Shown here: one piece after another, positions 26,701 to 37,606 of the stretch
Position numbering within the stretch: position 1 is the first letter of the stretch
Layout: every line of letters starts with the position of its first letter
From: Basidiobolus meristosporus CBS 931.73
Lineage: Eukaryota; Fungi; Basidiobolomycota
DNA length: 64,000 nt
NCBI GenBank assembly: GCA_002104905.1
Contig: MCFE01000411.1
Span: 15,758-79,757, forward strand
Direction of reading: 5' to 3'
Made by a program: the position numbers and the translations under genes
The notes under the pieces: generated by a model
Seen by the model: only the letters and a program-made list of their open reading frames with translations
The model's database searches: none
What the model was told of the DNA's origin: nothing

Positions 26701-28000
26701 AAATAGAGGGTATCTGTTAGAGCAAAGCTTTTCACTGGGAGCAATGCTTTTGCTTTTCAACAATATCCCTATACTGATGACCAAGTTGTACATGGGGCAT
26801 TCCACGCTAAGTGGCCCTTTGAGATACCAGAGAGATTTTAAAGAATTGGCAAGACATTACAGAGTATCTGCTACCCCAAGCACTTTAACATGTAGATTTC
26901 TGCTGCTACTATGTCCATTCTTTACTCCTTCTTGTTTGGGGCACCGGGAGTATTGGGCCTTGCTTCACCTTTTGGGAGTCTCCTATGGAGTAGATATGTG
27001 GGGAGATAGGAAAACAAATCAAGTTGCAGGTACTATCATATCCCAATCGCATCAAGAATATCACCTTCAACTCCCTCATGGATGCAATGAGTTGGCACAT
27101 GAAGGTCGACCAGGAAGAGTTGGAAAATACTGAGGACAGATGTGCAAATGGAGACAGCCATGCTTAGGGCATTAAGAAGCTAAGTAGCTTCAAAGCATTT
27201 GTAATCAGTTAAGTAATGCAAAGCTGAATTAGGTGCAACAAGCAACTGATTATTATTAGGCAAACTCCACCAAAGTATGCCAGGTTTCTCTTGGTCACAA
27301 GCCAATTTCAACACCATTGAATATGGAAATCACACAAACAAGAGCCAGAGTGCAACTAGAAGAGGGACTAGAATTCAGCAAGGAGAAGAAATATATACTG
27401 GCTAAATACCAAAAACCTCTTTGCAGATATTCAGGAGATATTCATGGCAGAGGTGGCTTCAACCAAGCATATGTTTGCAGGATGTTTATGTTACTAGCAA
27501 TACAAGGTATATGGCAACTTTGCAAGTATCACACTAAAAAGCCATAAAGTTAAAGCAAAAGAGGTATGTCAATTATGGCAGGTGTGCTTGTTAGTAGAGG
27601 CTAGTAAGCAGGAGGTCATAGTATTTTTTGATTTGAGCTATATGTGGATTATGCAAGGTAGTAGTGAGTAAGCAAATAAAGTGGTGTGATCCCACCATGC
27701 AATATATGAAATGCATAGGGGGATGTAGAAAAAGGAAATACCATTTGGTAAATTGCTATGGTAGCATTGTTCAGAATTGACTGTAGGCTGCTATATTGCC
27801 ATGACAATACCATTAGAGGCTTGCAATGAGGCTATCAAAACACCATCATGTTTTTTGCCTTTTGAGGTAATCGGATGTACTGGGTATTAGATCCACTCAG
27901 ATAGTTGCAGAATGCACCAAGACTGCAACAATGCCCTGTCATCCCTGGCAAAACACTGCCCAAACTCTGTTAAGTTTTTTAACTTTGCTAGGCAGTAAAA
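20777..28000 (+). pseudogene. CACTA/EnSpm (tnp2-type) transposase pseudogene, split by copia E
   Basis: N-terminal CGNC..H motif; then PAC...C...F..ENATIARCPTC; then LILINLNLPP...GPKSPSNLDSYLYPLLDE...CIGKTPA...GWYCC, the Transposase_21/tnp2-type core. The 3' end of the ORF is approximate. Confidence 0.82.
21437..25893 (+). mobile_element. Copia copy E, near full length; a deletion removes the 5' LTR end, PBS and gag start
   Basis: LTRs 21437-~21742 (truncated) and 25544-25893; PPT 25533-25543; TSD ATACC (21432-21436, 25894-25898); gag-PR-IN-RT-RH fragments. Confidence 0.95.
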
Positions 28001-29279
28001 TTAGCCAAATGCCATTATGATTCTATCTTGAGATTGTGTAATAGGCCATCAATTCCAAGCAGGTGGTAATATAGCAAACTCCTGATGGGATCCTGACAGC
28101 TGATCTGGAGTGGATCCACCTACATGACCAAATTATTTTTCATAGGGAGCAACTGCAGTTATGGTGACTGAGAGTATAAATATCTGTGGGATAATATTCA
28201 TAAGTGCATGGAGGTTTGCATAAATTGACAATAGCAATATTACTCTGAAGTAGGTGTGAGAAGCTTGAAAGAAAATGAGCATTAAGTAATGGATTACCAT
28301 CACTAACTGCAGCATGACTCATTTGCTTTGAAATCTATCACAGAGGTGTAGCACCAATATATAGGGTGAATACCAGAACTTGTCTTGGCAGGCTTTGAGT
28401 GCTCAAGCCTTAAGTGTTACTTATAAATAATATTTTTCAAGTAGCTCAGTCAGTTATTCCTGATTTCCTTTGGCTTCTTCCAATATGTAAACATGTGGAT
28501 TGTTTACTGCTGAGAACATCTTGTAAAGCAGTTGAATGTGATGGTATTGAACAAAAAAGTATAGCATCCAAGAGAAAAGAGTCATAATCTGTGGAATAGC
28601 TCAACTGCACCAAAGGGACAATTAAGTGCAGATTCTTAGTACTGTCAGAGAGTGGCAGATATACTAGCAGAGAGATTCTGTTCTACTATTGGTCTTGTAT
28701 ATGGCTGGTCTAGGCTATAAAGGCAACAGAGTGGGCCTACTTTGCAGGCTAGGCATGATGTTTGTGGGAGTGCTAGACCTGCTAGACTTTTGCATAAACT
28801 AGAATGAAATTGCTGGATTCTTTTTTTGCTATGACCCAGTCCTAACTTTGTTGAGACACACACCTGACCAAAAGGTTCAGTAGGCTTTGTTTATACTTTA
28901 TGATCAATAAGCTTTAGTAAGAGCCTAGAGACTTTATTCCTTTAAATCAATTAGGGAGCTGATAGGTGAGTAAGATGAGTGAATGTGCATCATCAATCAG
29001 GGGATGTGTTTACAACTACTTAGTGGTTGAATGGATCTCAGATTACCAATCACCTGGAAAGACTTGGTAGATGAGTTGATGGCATAATGGCCACATGAAA
29101 AATGATGAAGTGTGAAAGTGCAAGATAGATTCTAAGATGGGGTAAATATACCATAGGTGTTTTAATGATGTTTAGGTTTAGAAAATTCAGTTCAGGTAAT
29201 AAAATTTCAATTGAAATCAAATTAGCTATTTTTTAAGCTCTGATGCACAACAATAGGTTCCTGAGGAAGGCACAGGCTT

Positions 29280-30956
29280 AAATGACTGCCAGGTCCTTGT
29301 CTGCTACTTCAGCTGAGTGCTCTTGAGTTGAACTGCACTTTCCCTGATAAAGTCTGCACTGGTGCATCTGTTTCTGCCTGCTTGAACATTTCAAGTGTGG
29401 CTTAGCTACCTGGCACTTCTTTTGTGCATGCTGAGAGCTTTCAGCCCTGCCTTGATGGGGTCTTGAAGATCTTGCTGGTTTTTGGGAGTGGCCCCCTTGT
29501 GCTTCTATCTATGATAGTCTATTCCATTCTCATATGATTTCTTTACATTCCAATGATGCCCAAAGCTTATTTGCATGTTTGAACTCAGGATAATGCTCAT
29601 GAAGCATATAAGACTTGTTCTGTTGGATAGTGCCACATTGAGCCATGGGTGCCAAATAGTGCCATTGAGTGCCAGAAAGGCATAGCAGACCTAAAATTGG
29701 CCACAGAGAGTGAAGCATTACTCTTTATTTTCATGCAAAGCACCCCTTGTGTTTCACCCATTGTGCTGGAGAAAATCCATTTTTTGACCTTTTTTTCTGG
29801 ATCAATGTTGTACAGGATGTGAAAGAGCACAGAAGGACTGAAGACATGCATCTGGTACTGAATACCCATGGCACTCTGAATCTAGCTCCTATGGCTTGTA
29901 TCATGTCACAAAAATGTATGGCACTATCTTGGTCCACTGGTACTATCTGGCACTATAAGTGCTTTATATAGGTCTTACTTTAGGGCTAATATTTAAATAT
30001 AGTGCCTGATAGTATCAGTGGAACAAGATAGTGCCATGCATTTTTGTGACTTGATACAAGCCACAGAAGCTAGATTCAGAGTGCCATGGGTATTCAGTAC
30101 CAGATGCATGTCTTCAGTCCTTCTGTGCTCTTTCACATCCTGTACAACATTGATCCAGAAAAAAAGGTCAAAAAATGGATTTTCTCCAGCACAATGGGTG
30201 AAACACAAGGGGTGCTTTGCATGAAAATAAAGAGTAATGCTTCACTCTCTGTGGCCAATTTTAGGTCTGCTATGCCTTTCTGGCACTCAATGGCACTATT
30301 TGGCACCCATGGCTCAATGTGGCACTATCCAATGGAACAAGTCTATAAAGTACATTCTGCTTGGCTTTGAGCTCCAGATAGTTCCATGGTATGATGGCCT
30401 CAATATGATGGCATCTCTAGACTTTGTGCAGCCACTTGAATATTGATTGGCTCCTCATTATTGTGCTCAACTGCTTCATAGATCTTTGATTTTGGCTAAT
30501 TTTTAGACTTTGGTACATGTATTGCAGTCACCCCCTCTCATTTTGTGATAGGCTCTTCTGTGAGCTGTGAATCTGGAAGTGTTGTTGTGGTTCAGTGACT
30601 GAGTGGTGTACCTCTGTTGCTATTTCAGAGGATGGATCATTCTTATTCTGCAACATTGAGCTTTTTGAATTCCGTTGTTGCAGCCAGAATATTACATTTT
30701 CCACCTGGAGTAGCAGTTACTCCATATATAATATCCACTCTGCCTGTTACTGAGTTGTCTCCTAATTTCTCTAGCTCATTGCATCTATCCAATTACCCAT
30801 TGTACCTAATGATCTCATTAATGCCTTGATATAAGCCAACAACATATTTGATAATACTGGTGGTGGTGATGTTATGACAGTCAGTTGCATGTTTTACACA
30901 TGATTTACTACATTAGATACATTCTCATGTGCTTGAGCATTAATGTCTTACAGTGG
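29280..30956. mobile_element. Diverged CACTA accessory-ORF fragment, host of palindrome copy 2
   Basis: Removing 29611-30347 restores taatgctcatgaagcatataaagtacattctgc, matching taatgctcatggagcaagtcaagtacattctgc at ~38180-38210. Confidence 0.7.
29611..30344. mobile_element. Palindromic element, copy 2 (734 bp, orientation opposite to copies 1 and 3)
   Basis: AGACTTGTTC...GAACAAGTCT termini; TSD ata at 29608-29610 and 30345-30347; spacer is the reverse complement of that in copy 1. Confidence 0.92.
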
Positions 30957-31270
30957 TGTAGTGGTATGAAAGAGACATTCAGCAACCAATGTACTCATTC
31001 CTATATTTTCTACTTCCTAGCTTTTCTGCTACCTATATTTTAGATTTATTATTTAACTTGAGTAATCAGTAATATTCCATAAGCTGGCTGACTACCACTC
31101 ATGCTGATTATAATTCAAAACCCAGTTGTAACTCTATGTGGGACTACTATATGTCAATGCTTCTATATTAAGCAAGTACCAAAGCTAGTATCTGTCACAC
31201 ATGACTAAGCCATGCCATCATCCCTACCATTTCCACTCCATGTATGGCATTTTTATGTTACACTGATTCC
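30957..31270. repeat. Old partial copy of the 1.07-kb LTR family
   Basis: Starts tgtagtgg and aligns loosely with 54745-55070. Confidence 0.6.
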
Positions 31271-31329
31271 AAAATACTGATGCCCAATAGTTAGATGTGT
31301 TTTGCATTTTAGAAGCTGTTGGGTCCTAC

Positions 31330-31931
31330 TATTCATGCACCCAGTTGAGTAGTGCACCTTGTTCTAGTCTTGATAAGATGTCAGCAACCATATCATTTTT
31401 CCTAGCACAGTAGACAATCTTTGAGTCAAATTGCTGATTGTTTTCACTTCATATTGTCATTGTGCCAAATAGTTTCTGATGTCAGATATTCCTATGCTTG
31501 GCTGCTTGGCAAGCTCAATTTTCAGTGTTTGAAATGCAGTCTCGAAACCTATGTCTCACTACAAGTGGTTTACTTAGTTGCAGTCTAAGGTTACTCCTGG
31601 GCAAGTCACTGCATGTCATAAATATTCAGTGCGCTTCTTTAAGAATTCACACTCTGCAATTTCTCTATATAGTTTTGTTAATGGCAATCTTGATGGCTTC
31701 TTCAATAGTCTGAGGTCTTGGATAAATCACTTCCCTGAAAGTTCTTTCTTTCAGCCAATCAATAAAGGATTCAACTTGATCAAGGGGGTTCATTCTTTCA
31801 ATCTGTCCAAGTAGACATCTACACTCATAGATGTATTCTTGAGCCATTGCTTCCTGTCTGAGCATCTTTAGTTTGCTTCTTTGTAGTATCTGTTGATGTT
31901 GAGGCTCATAGGAATCCTGAATATCCAGCAC
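31330..31931 (-). mobile_element. Internally deleted Ty3/gypsy remnant (gag and RH pieces), same family as 49008-53924
   Basis: ORF 31665-31931 ([34 protein letters not shown]) matches the intact gag. 31350-31640 resembles 50680-50780 and 51080-51280. Confidence 0.8.
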
Positions 31932-32029
31932 AAACTCATCCCAGGCAGAGATAGTAGATCATTCAAGCATTTTGGCTGATCTGATCTTGCCTTGGTACCA
32001 ATGCAAAGCTGCATAATGAAACTTGCTTT

Positions 32030-33317
32030 CTGCAACAATTAGAACTTCTTGATATTGGGTAAAATGTTCTTTTTGGTGCGTACAGTGTTGAGATGCTCCA
32101 GAGTCAATATACCACATGTGAGAATCCTTATTTGAGTCAATATATAGTGCAGATATGAATAGTCTATCATCAGCTGTTGCAGCATTTCCACATTAAGGGT
32201 TTTTCTGCTGACTATCTCTCTTCTTGAGGAAATGGTCTGATGTGTCTTCTTTCCTTTTGCAGTGTTGCAAAATAAGTTGCTATTACCTTTAGAAGATCTT
32301 TGGCATTTATTTGTTTGTTTTCATCATTTCTTAAATCATTTTCTGCTTCTTTCTCATTAGCGCTTCATTTTTTTAATTCTTCATCTAGGAGCCTTTTATA
32401 TACAAAATTTAAAGTCAAATCTTCAGTTCTAGACTCTAGGGCTGTTACAAGGCCCTGAAACCTGTCTTTCAGGCTATTTGGGATGGTAACTATCAGATCC
32501 TCATCAGTAGTTAGTACACCCACAGATTTGATCTCAACCAACAGCAGGGTATTCCTATTGATTAAATTTCTTATATCTTCTCTTGGCTGCATCTTTGTAG
32601 TAAAGAATTTCTGTCTCAGATACGACTTCTAAGCAGCTGAACATGATTGGTAGGTGTCTTCTCATGCTTTCCGGGCATTCTTTGTAGTTTTTGCTTGTGA
32701 GCATTGAATTAGCAATCTGTCTTTCACATTAAGGGATATGCATTTAAAGGCACCTTCTTCTTTCTTCTGGTACTTTAAGACTTCCTCTCCCATGTTTATA
32801 GGAGGGCATCCTTCTCCCATGACAATATCCCAGAGGCCTCTTTCTTGTAGCAGCATCTTCAGCATCACCTTTCACACTAGGTAATTAGATCCATCCAGCT
32901 TTTCAGCAGAGAAAAAGGTTTCAGTAATAGCAGTAGTACACAAAGCAGAGAGTGACTACTTGAGGCTCATAACCTGTTTCAAAGTGTTGGGAATATTGGA
33001 AGTATTGAGCAAACAAGTAGATTGTGTGGCTTTCACTCAATGATATATTGAATGTAAAAATAGCTTTAACTTTACATGGTATTGGCTTAACAAGCACATA
33101 GAATAGGCTCAGGAAGGTCTCATGAACATTTGCGCAAATTTTGAGGCTGTTTGAACAACTCCAAGATTTTCATGTTCTGTGTACCTGATATCTGGGTGAA
33201 AATATTCTAAGTAGATCCAAACAAGAATTTTGGTTGGTATTCTCTAGGATTTGGAGGTAGTGATCCAAGTGACTAAGTTAGGTGAATATTTAGGTGGAGT
33301 TGCAAACTTTTACAACA
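32030..33317 (-). mobile_element. Copia 5' fragment (PR start, gag, PBS, 5' LTR 32975-33317), old
   Basis: Gag fragments 32365-32868; aggctcataacc abuts the LTR at 32975. Confidence 0.85.
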
Positions 33318-34498
33318 TATATTAGTAGTGCATGGGAGGTAGAAAAGGAAATATCATTTGGTAAATTGGTATGGGAGCATTATTAATAACTAGCTGTAGG
33401 CTGCCATGCTGCTACAATAATGACATCAGAGGTTTGCAATGAGGCCATCAAGACACCAGCAGGTTTTTTGCCATATAAGGCAATTACATGTACTGGCCAG
33501 TTAGATCTACCCAAATAGTTGTAGCATGCACTAAGACCACAATAATGCCATGCCACCCTGGCAAAACACTGTTTAAACACTGTTATGTTTTTAACTTTAT
33601 TTGGCAGTAAAATTGGCCAAATTCTATTGTCATCCTCTCATAAGATTATACTTGTTCCATTGGATAGTGCCACATTGCGCCATGAGTGCCAAATGATGCC
33701 ATAGTGTGCCAGGCTGAGCCTAAGTGAACCCATATTTGGTCACAGAGTGTGACACATAGTTCTTCTTCTTCATGCAAAGCCACCCTGGTGTTTCACCCAT
33801 TATGCTGGAGAAAATCCATCTTTTGACCTTTTTTTTGGATCAAAGTTGTGCAGGATGTGTAAAAGCTCTACAGGATTGAAGACATGCATCTGGTGCTCAA
33901 TACCCATGGCACTGTGAATCTAGCTCCTGTGGCTTGTATCATGTCACAAAAATGAATGGCACTATCTTGGTCCACTGATACAATCTGGCTTTATACTTAA
34001 ATATCAGCTCTGAAGTAAAACCTTTACAAAGCACTTATAGTGCCAGATAGTACCAGTGGAACAAGATAGTGCCAAGCATTTTTGAGACATAATACAAGCA
34101 ACTGGAGCTAGGTTCAGAGTGCCATGGGTTTTGCATACCAGATGCATGTCTTCAGTTCTTCCCTGCTCTTACACAACATGCACAATGTTGATGCAAAAAT
34201 AGGTTAAATAATTGATTTTCTCCAGCAAAATGGGTGAAACACAGGGGTTGCTTTGTACAAAGATGAAGAGCTATATTTGAGACTCTATGGCCAGGTTTTG
34301 GTCTGCTATTCCTCTCTGGCACACAATGGCACTATTTATCACTCACAGCTCAAAGTGACATTCTCCAACAGAACAAGTCTATTGCGTAAACCCTATAAAA
34401 GAAAGTTCCAAGATGCTGCATAATAATTGTCTCCTGATAAGATCTTGCCAGCTGCTCTATGTAGGATCCACTTGCAGGACCAAGTTATTCTTAATAAG
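33318..34498 (+). mobile_element. CACTA 3'/right-end fragment, host of palindrome copy 3
   Basis: Homologous to 27700-28147 on both sides of the palindrome insertion. Confidence 0.6.
33648..34380. mobile_element. Palindromic element, copy 3 (733 bp, more diverged)
   Basis: ATACTTGTTC...GAACAAGTCT termini; TSD att at 33645-33647 and 34381-34383. Confidence 0.88.
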
Positions 34499-34499
34499 T

Positions 34500-35300
34500 G
34501 GACTATTGACCCTGCACACAATCTTATGATGGGATGTTGATGGCATTTTGCTGATTCTACTGTCAAATAAAGTACAAACTTGACAGTGTTTTTTCAGTCT
34601 TTTGACAAGAACTGCATGGCATTCCAACAGTCTTAATGCACTTTGCATTTATTTGGGTGGACCCAGCTGACCAATACATCCAACACCTTGTATGGCAAGA
34701 AACTTGATGGTGTTTTGATGGCCTCATTACATACCTGTACTGACACTATATTGGTAGTACAGTGGCCTACAGCTAGTTCTGCATAATGCTACCATACCAA
34801 TTTACCAAATGGAATTTCCTTTTCCTTCATCCTCTTGTGTTATTCATGTATTCCACTGCAGAATCACCCCTCATTGTTTGCATATCCAATACTACCTTGG
34901 GTGATCTACATGCAGTTTGAATCAAACAAAGCTATGGCCTCCTGCTCACTAACCTCTACCAAATGCACACCTGCTACAATTTACACACTTCTATCACATA
35001 AACAATATGGCTTTTTAGTGTGATACTTGCAAAGTTGCCATATATCTTGTATGGTAGGTAGCATATACAATGTACAAACATATGCTTGGTTGCCACCACT
35101 TTTGCCAAGACTAACTCCTGAATATCTGCAAAGAGCTTCTTAGTGTTTAGTCAATATATGCATTCCCCCCGCTGACTTTTAATCCCCATTATAGGTGCAC
35201 TCTGACTCTTATTTGTATGGATTCTGTAGTGAATTGTGTAGATATTGGCTTGTGGCCAAGAGAAAGCTAGCGTATTTTGGTAAAGTTGTGCTAATAAAAA
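34500..35300 (-). mobile_element. Reverse-oriented CACTA 3' fragment
   Basis: Reverse-complement similarity to 27300-28090 and direct similarity to 35440-36250. Confidence 0.55.
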
Positions 35301-35328
35301 TTAGTTGCTTGTTGTGCACAACCCAATA

Positions 35329-36903
35329 CTCTATGAAAAATAATTTGGTCCTACAGGTGGATCCAATCTGGATCAGCTATAAGGATCCCATATAGAGACC
35401 ATCACAATACCGGCAACTTTGAATTAGTGACCCTCCTAACAATCTTATGACAGGATCATGACAGCATTTTGCTAATTTTACAACCAAATAGAGGAATAAA
35501 ACTAGATGATATTTGATTGGTGCTGTGACAATATTTGCATGGTATTGTGGTGGTCTTTTTGGGCTCTATAGCTATTTTAAGTAGATCCAGTTGGCCAATA
35601 TATCCAATGCCTTATATAGCAAGAAGCATGATGGTATGTTGATGGCTTCACTGCAAGACTCTAATGGCATTATATTGGTAGTATGACAGTCTACTGCTGG
35701 TTCTGTATAATGCAACCGTACTAATTTACCAAATAGTATTTCCTTTATCTACATCCCCTTATGCAATTCACATATTCTACTATAGAATCACCCCACTTTA
35801 TTTGCTTACCCACTACTACCTTGGGTACTCCACATATAGTTTGAATAAGAAAAAACTATGGCCTCCTGCTTACTAAGCTCTACAATGGCACACACCTGCT
35901 GCTTGACATACTTCAATCACCTCAACTTTACAGCTTTTTAGTGTGATACTTACACAGTTGCCATATACCTTCTACTGCTGGTCATATATACATACTGCAA
36001 GCATATGCTTGGTTGTTGCCACTTCTGTCATGAAAAGCTCCTGAATATCTGCAAAGAACTTCTTGGTATTTAGACAATATATTCCTTCTCCCTGTTGAGT
36101 TCTAGTCCCCGTTGTATGTGCGCTCTGGCTTTTGTTTGTGCAAATTCCGTATTGAATGGAGCAGAAGTTGGCTTGTGACCACAAGAAATCTGGCATATCT
36201 TGGTAGAGTCATTCTAATTAAAAATTAGTTGGTTGTTGCACTTATCCCAACTTTGCATTATTTAATTGATTACCCATGCATTGGGGCTGCCTAGCTTCTT
36301 AATGCCAAAGGCAAAGGTGTCTCCATGTGTTATGATCTACTGCTTGAATGTTTAAGTTAGATCAGTTTTTTAGTTAAATCAATTAGTTTTATGTTTAGCC
36401 TATCAGTACATCAGTGTTATGTATCAAATCAGTAGTATTAGTCAGCAGATAAATTGGCAGATCCTCATCAGACAGAAATAGTTATATTAAGTAGGATCTT
36501 ATTGGGTGATGATGATGCAATCAAATGAGTCATCAGCTACAGCCTACATTAGGAAATACAATTTGTCAGCAAATGATCTGGCAAAATGTATTTGAGGAGC
36601 TGCTGGAACATCAATAAAAATCAGCTCAAGTTTTAGTGAATAAAATACTAGCTAAACTCCCTATTCCTCTACAACTCTTATATCAAGACTTGTAACACAT
36701 GTGCACATTTGTCCTCAGTATTTTCCAACTCTTTCTGGCTGTCCTCTGTGTGCCAACTCATCACATCCATGACAAATTTGAAGGTAATATTCTTGATGAG
36801 ATTGTGATATGGTAGTACCTGCAACTTGACTCATCTTCCTATATCCCCACACATCCACTCCATAGGAAACTCCCAACAGGTGAAGCAAGGCTTCAGCATC
36901 CAT
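35329..36903 (-). mobile_element. Reverse-oriented CACTA right end and transposase 3' part, interrupted by a gypsy solo LTR
   Basis: Begins ctctatgaaaaataatttgg, the reverse complement of the 28147 end. ORF 36715-36903 matches 26744-27133. Confidence 0.72.
36328..36697 (+). repeat. Solo LTR of the Ty3/gypsy family
   Basis: TG...CA, 370 bp, reverse complement of the 49008-49375 LTR; 4-bp TSD CATG (36324-36327, 36698-36701). Confidence 0.92.
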
Positions 36904-37606
36904 TTAGATGACAATGTACTAAAGCTTCCAAAGTCAAAACAACTGTAAGCTCTACCAGCAGGGACTTGATAAGAATGCAGCTGGGGTCAATGGTTACTGA
37001 GACAGAGAAGTATCTTTGCCTGTGCAAGAACAAACTTGGGAAAGAATCAAATATAAAAAAAGAAACCTACTCAGAGTATTACTGATACAAGGGATGATAT
37101 ACTGATAAGAGATTGCCTTCATTATATGCTTTTCTCACTAGCAAGGTGATTACTATTCATGTTGTTCCAGAAGCTTCCAAGGGTCAAATAGAAATCTTAA
37201 TGCCATCAAAATGAGCTAAGAATGTTCTAAGTAGGTGCCAGTAAGTTCTAAGAGACAAAGCACACCAAAACAATCAGGAATCATTATTCTGAAACATGTG
37301 TGACATAGGGATATCATATACGGTATGAAAATGGTAGGGATGGATGCACAGCTTGGTCATGTGTTACAGGTACTGGCAAGGGTACCTGCCTAATTGAGAA
37401 GCACGTACATCAAGTAATCTTACATAAAGTGAGGGATAACTTATGCAATAAGGTAAGTAGATGCAATAGTCACCCAGCTCATGGGAGAGTACTGATCATG
37501 TAAGACAAATGGGATTAAACTAGTACAAGGGTGGTAGAAAAATAGGGATGCTCAAAATATGGGAATGAGCACATCTGGCAGTGGGTGTCATTGTGACCAC
37601 AATACC
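36903..37606. repeat. Truncated older copy of the 1.07-kb LTR family
   Basis: Aligns with 45845-46676. Confidence 0.75.

Larger units (their letters stand above)
17896..28147 (+). mobile_element. CACTA/EnSpm-like DNA transposon with both ends, interrupted by copia D and E
   Basis: Left end ccctatgagaagttatt; right end aattatttttcataggg. CACTA sequence is continuous across copia E (TSD ATACC). No TSD at the outer ends (ttt / agc). Confidence 0.72.

Noticed and set aside
8378-28149. 2-bp AG flanks pairing the CACTA left end at 8380 with the right end at 28147
   Set aside because: A 2-bp match is expected by chance about 1 time in 16, and another left end lies in between.
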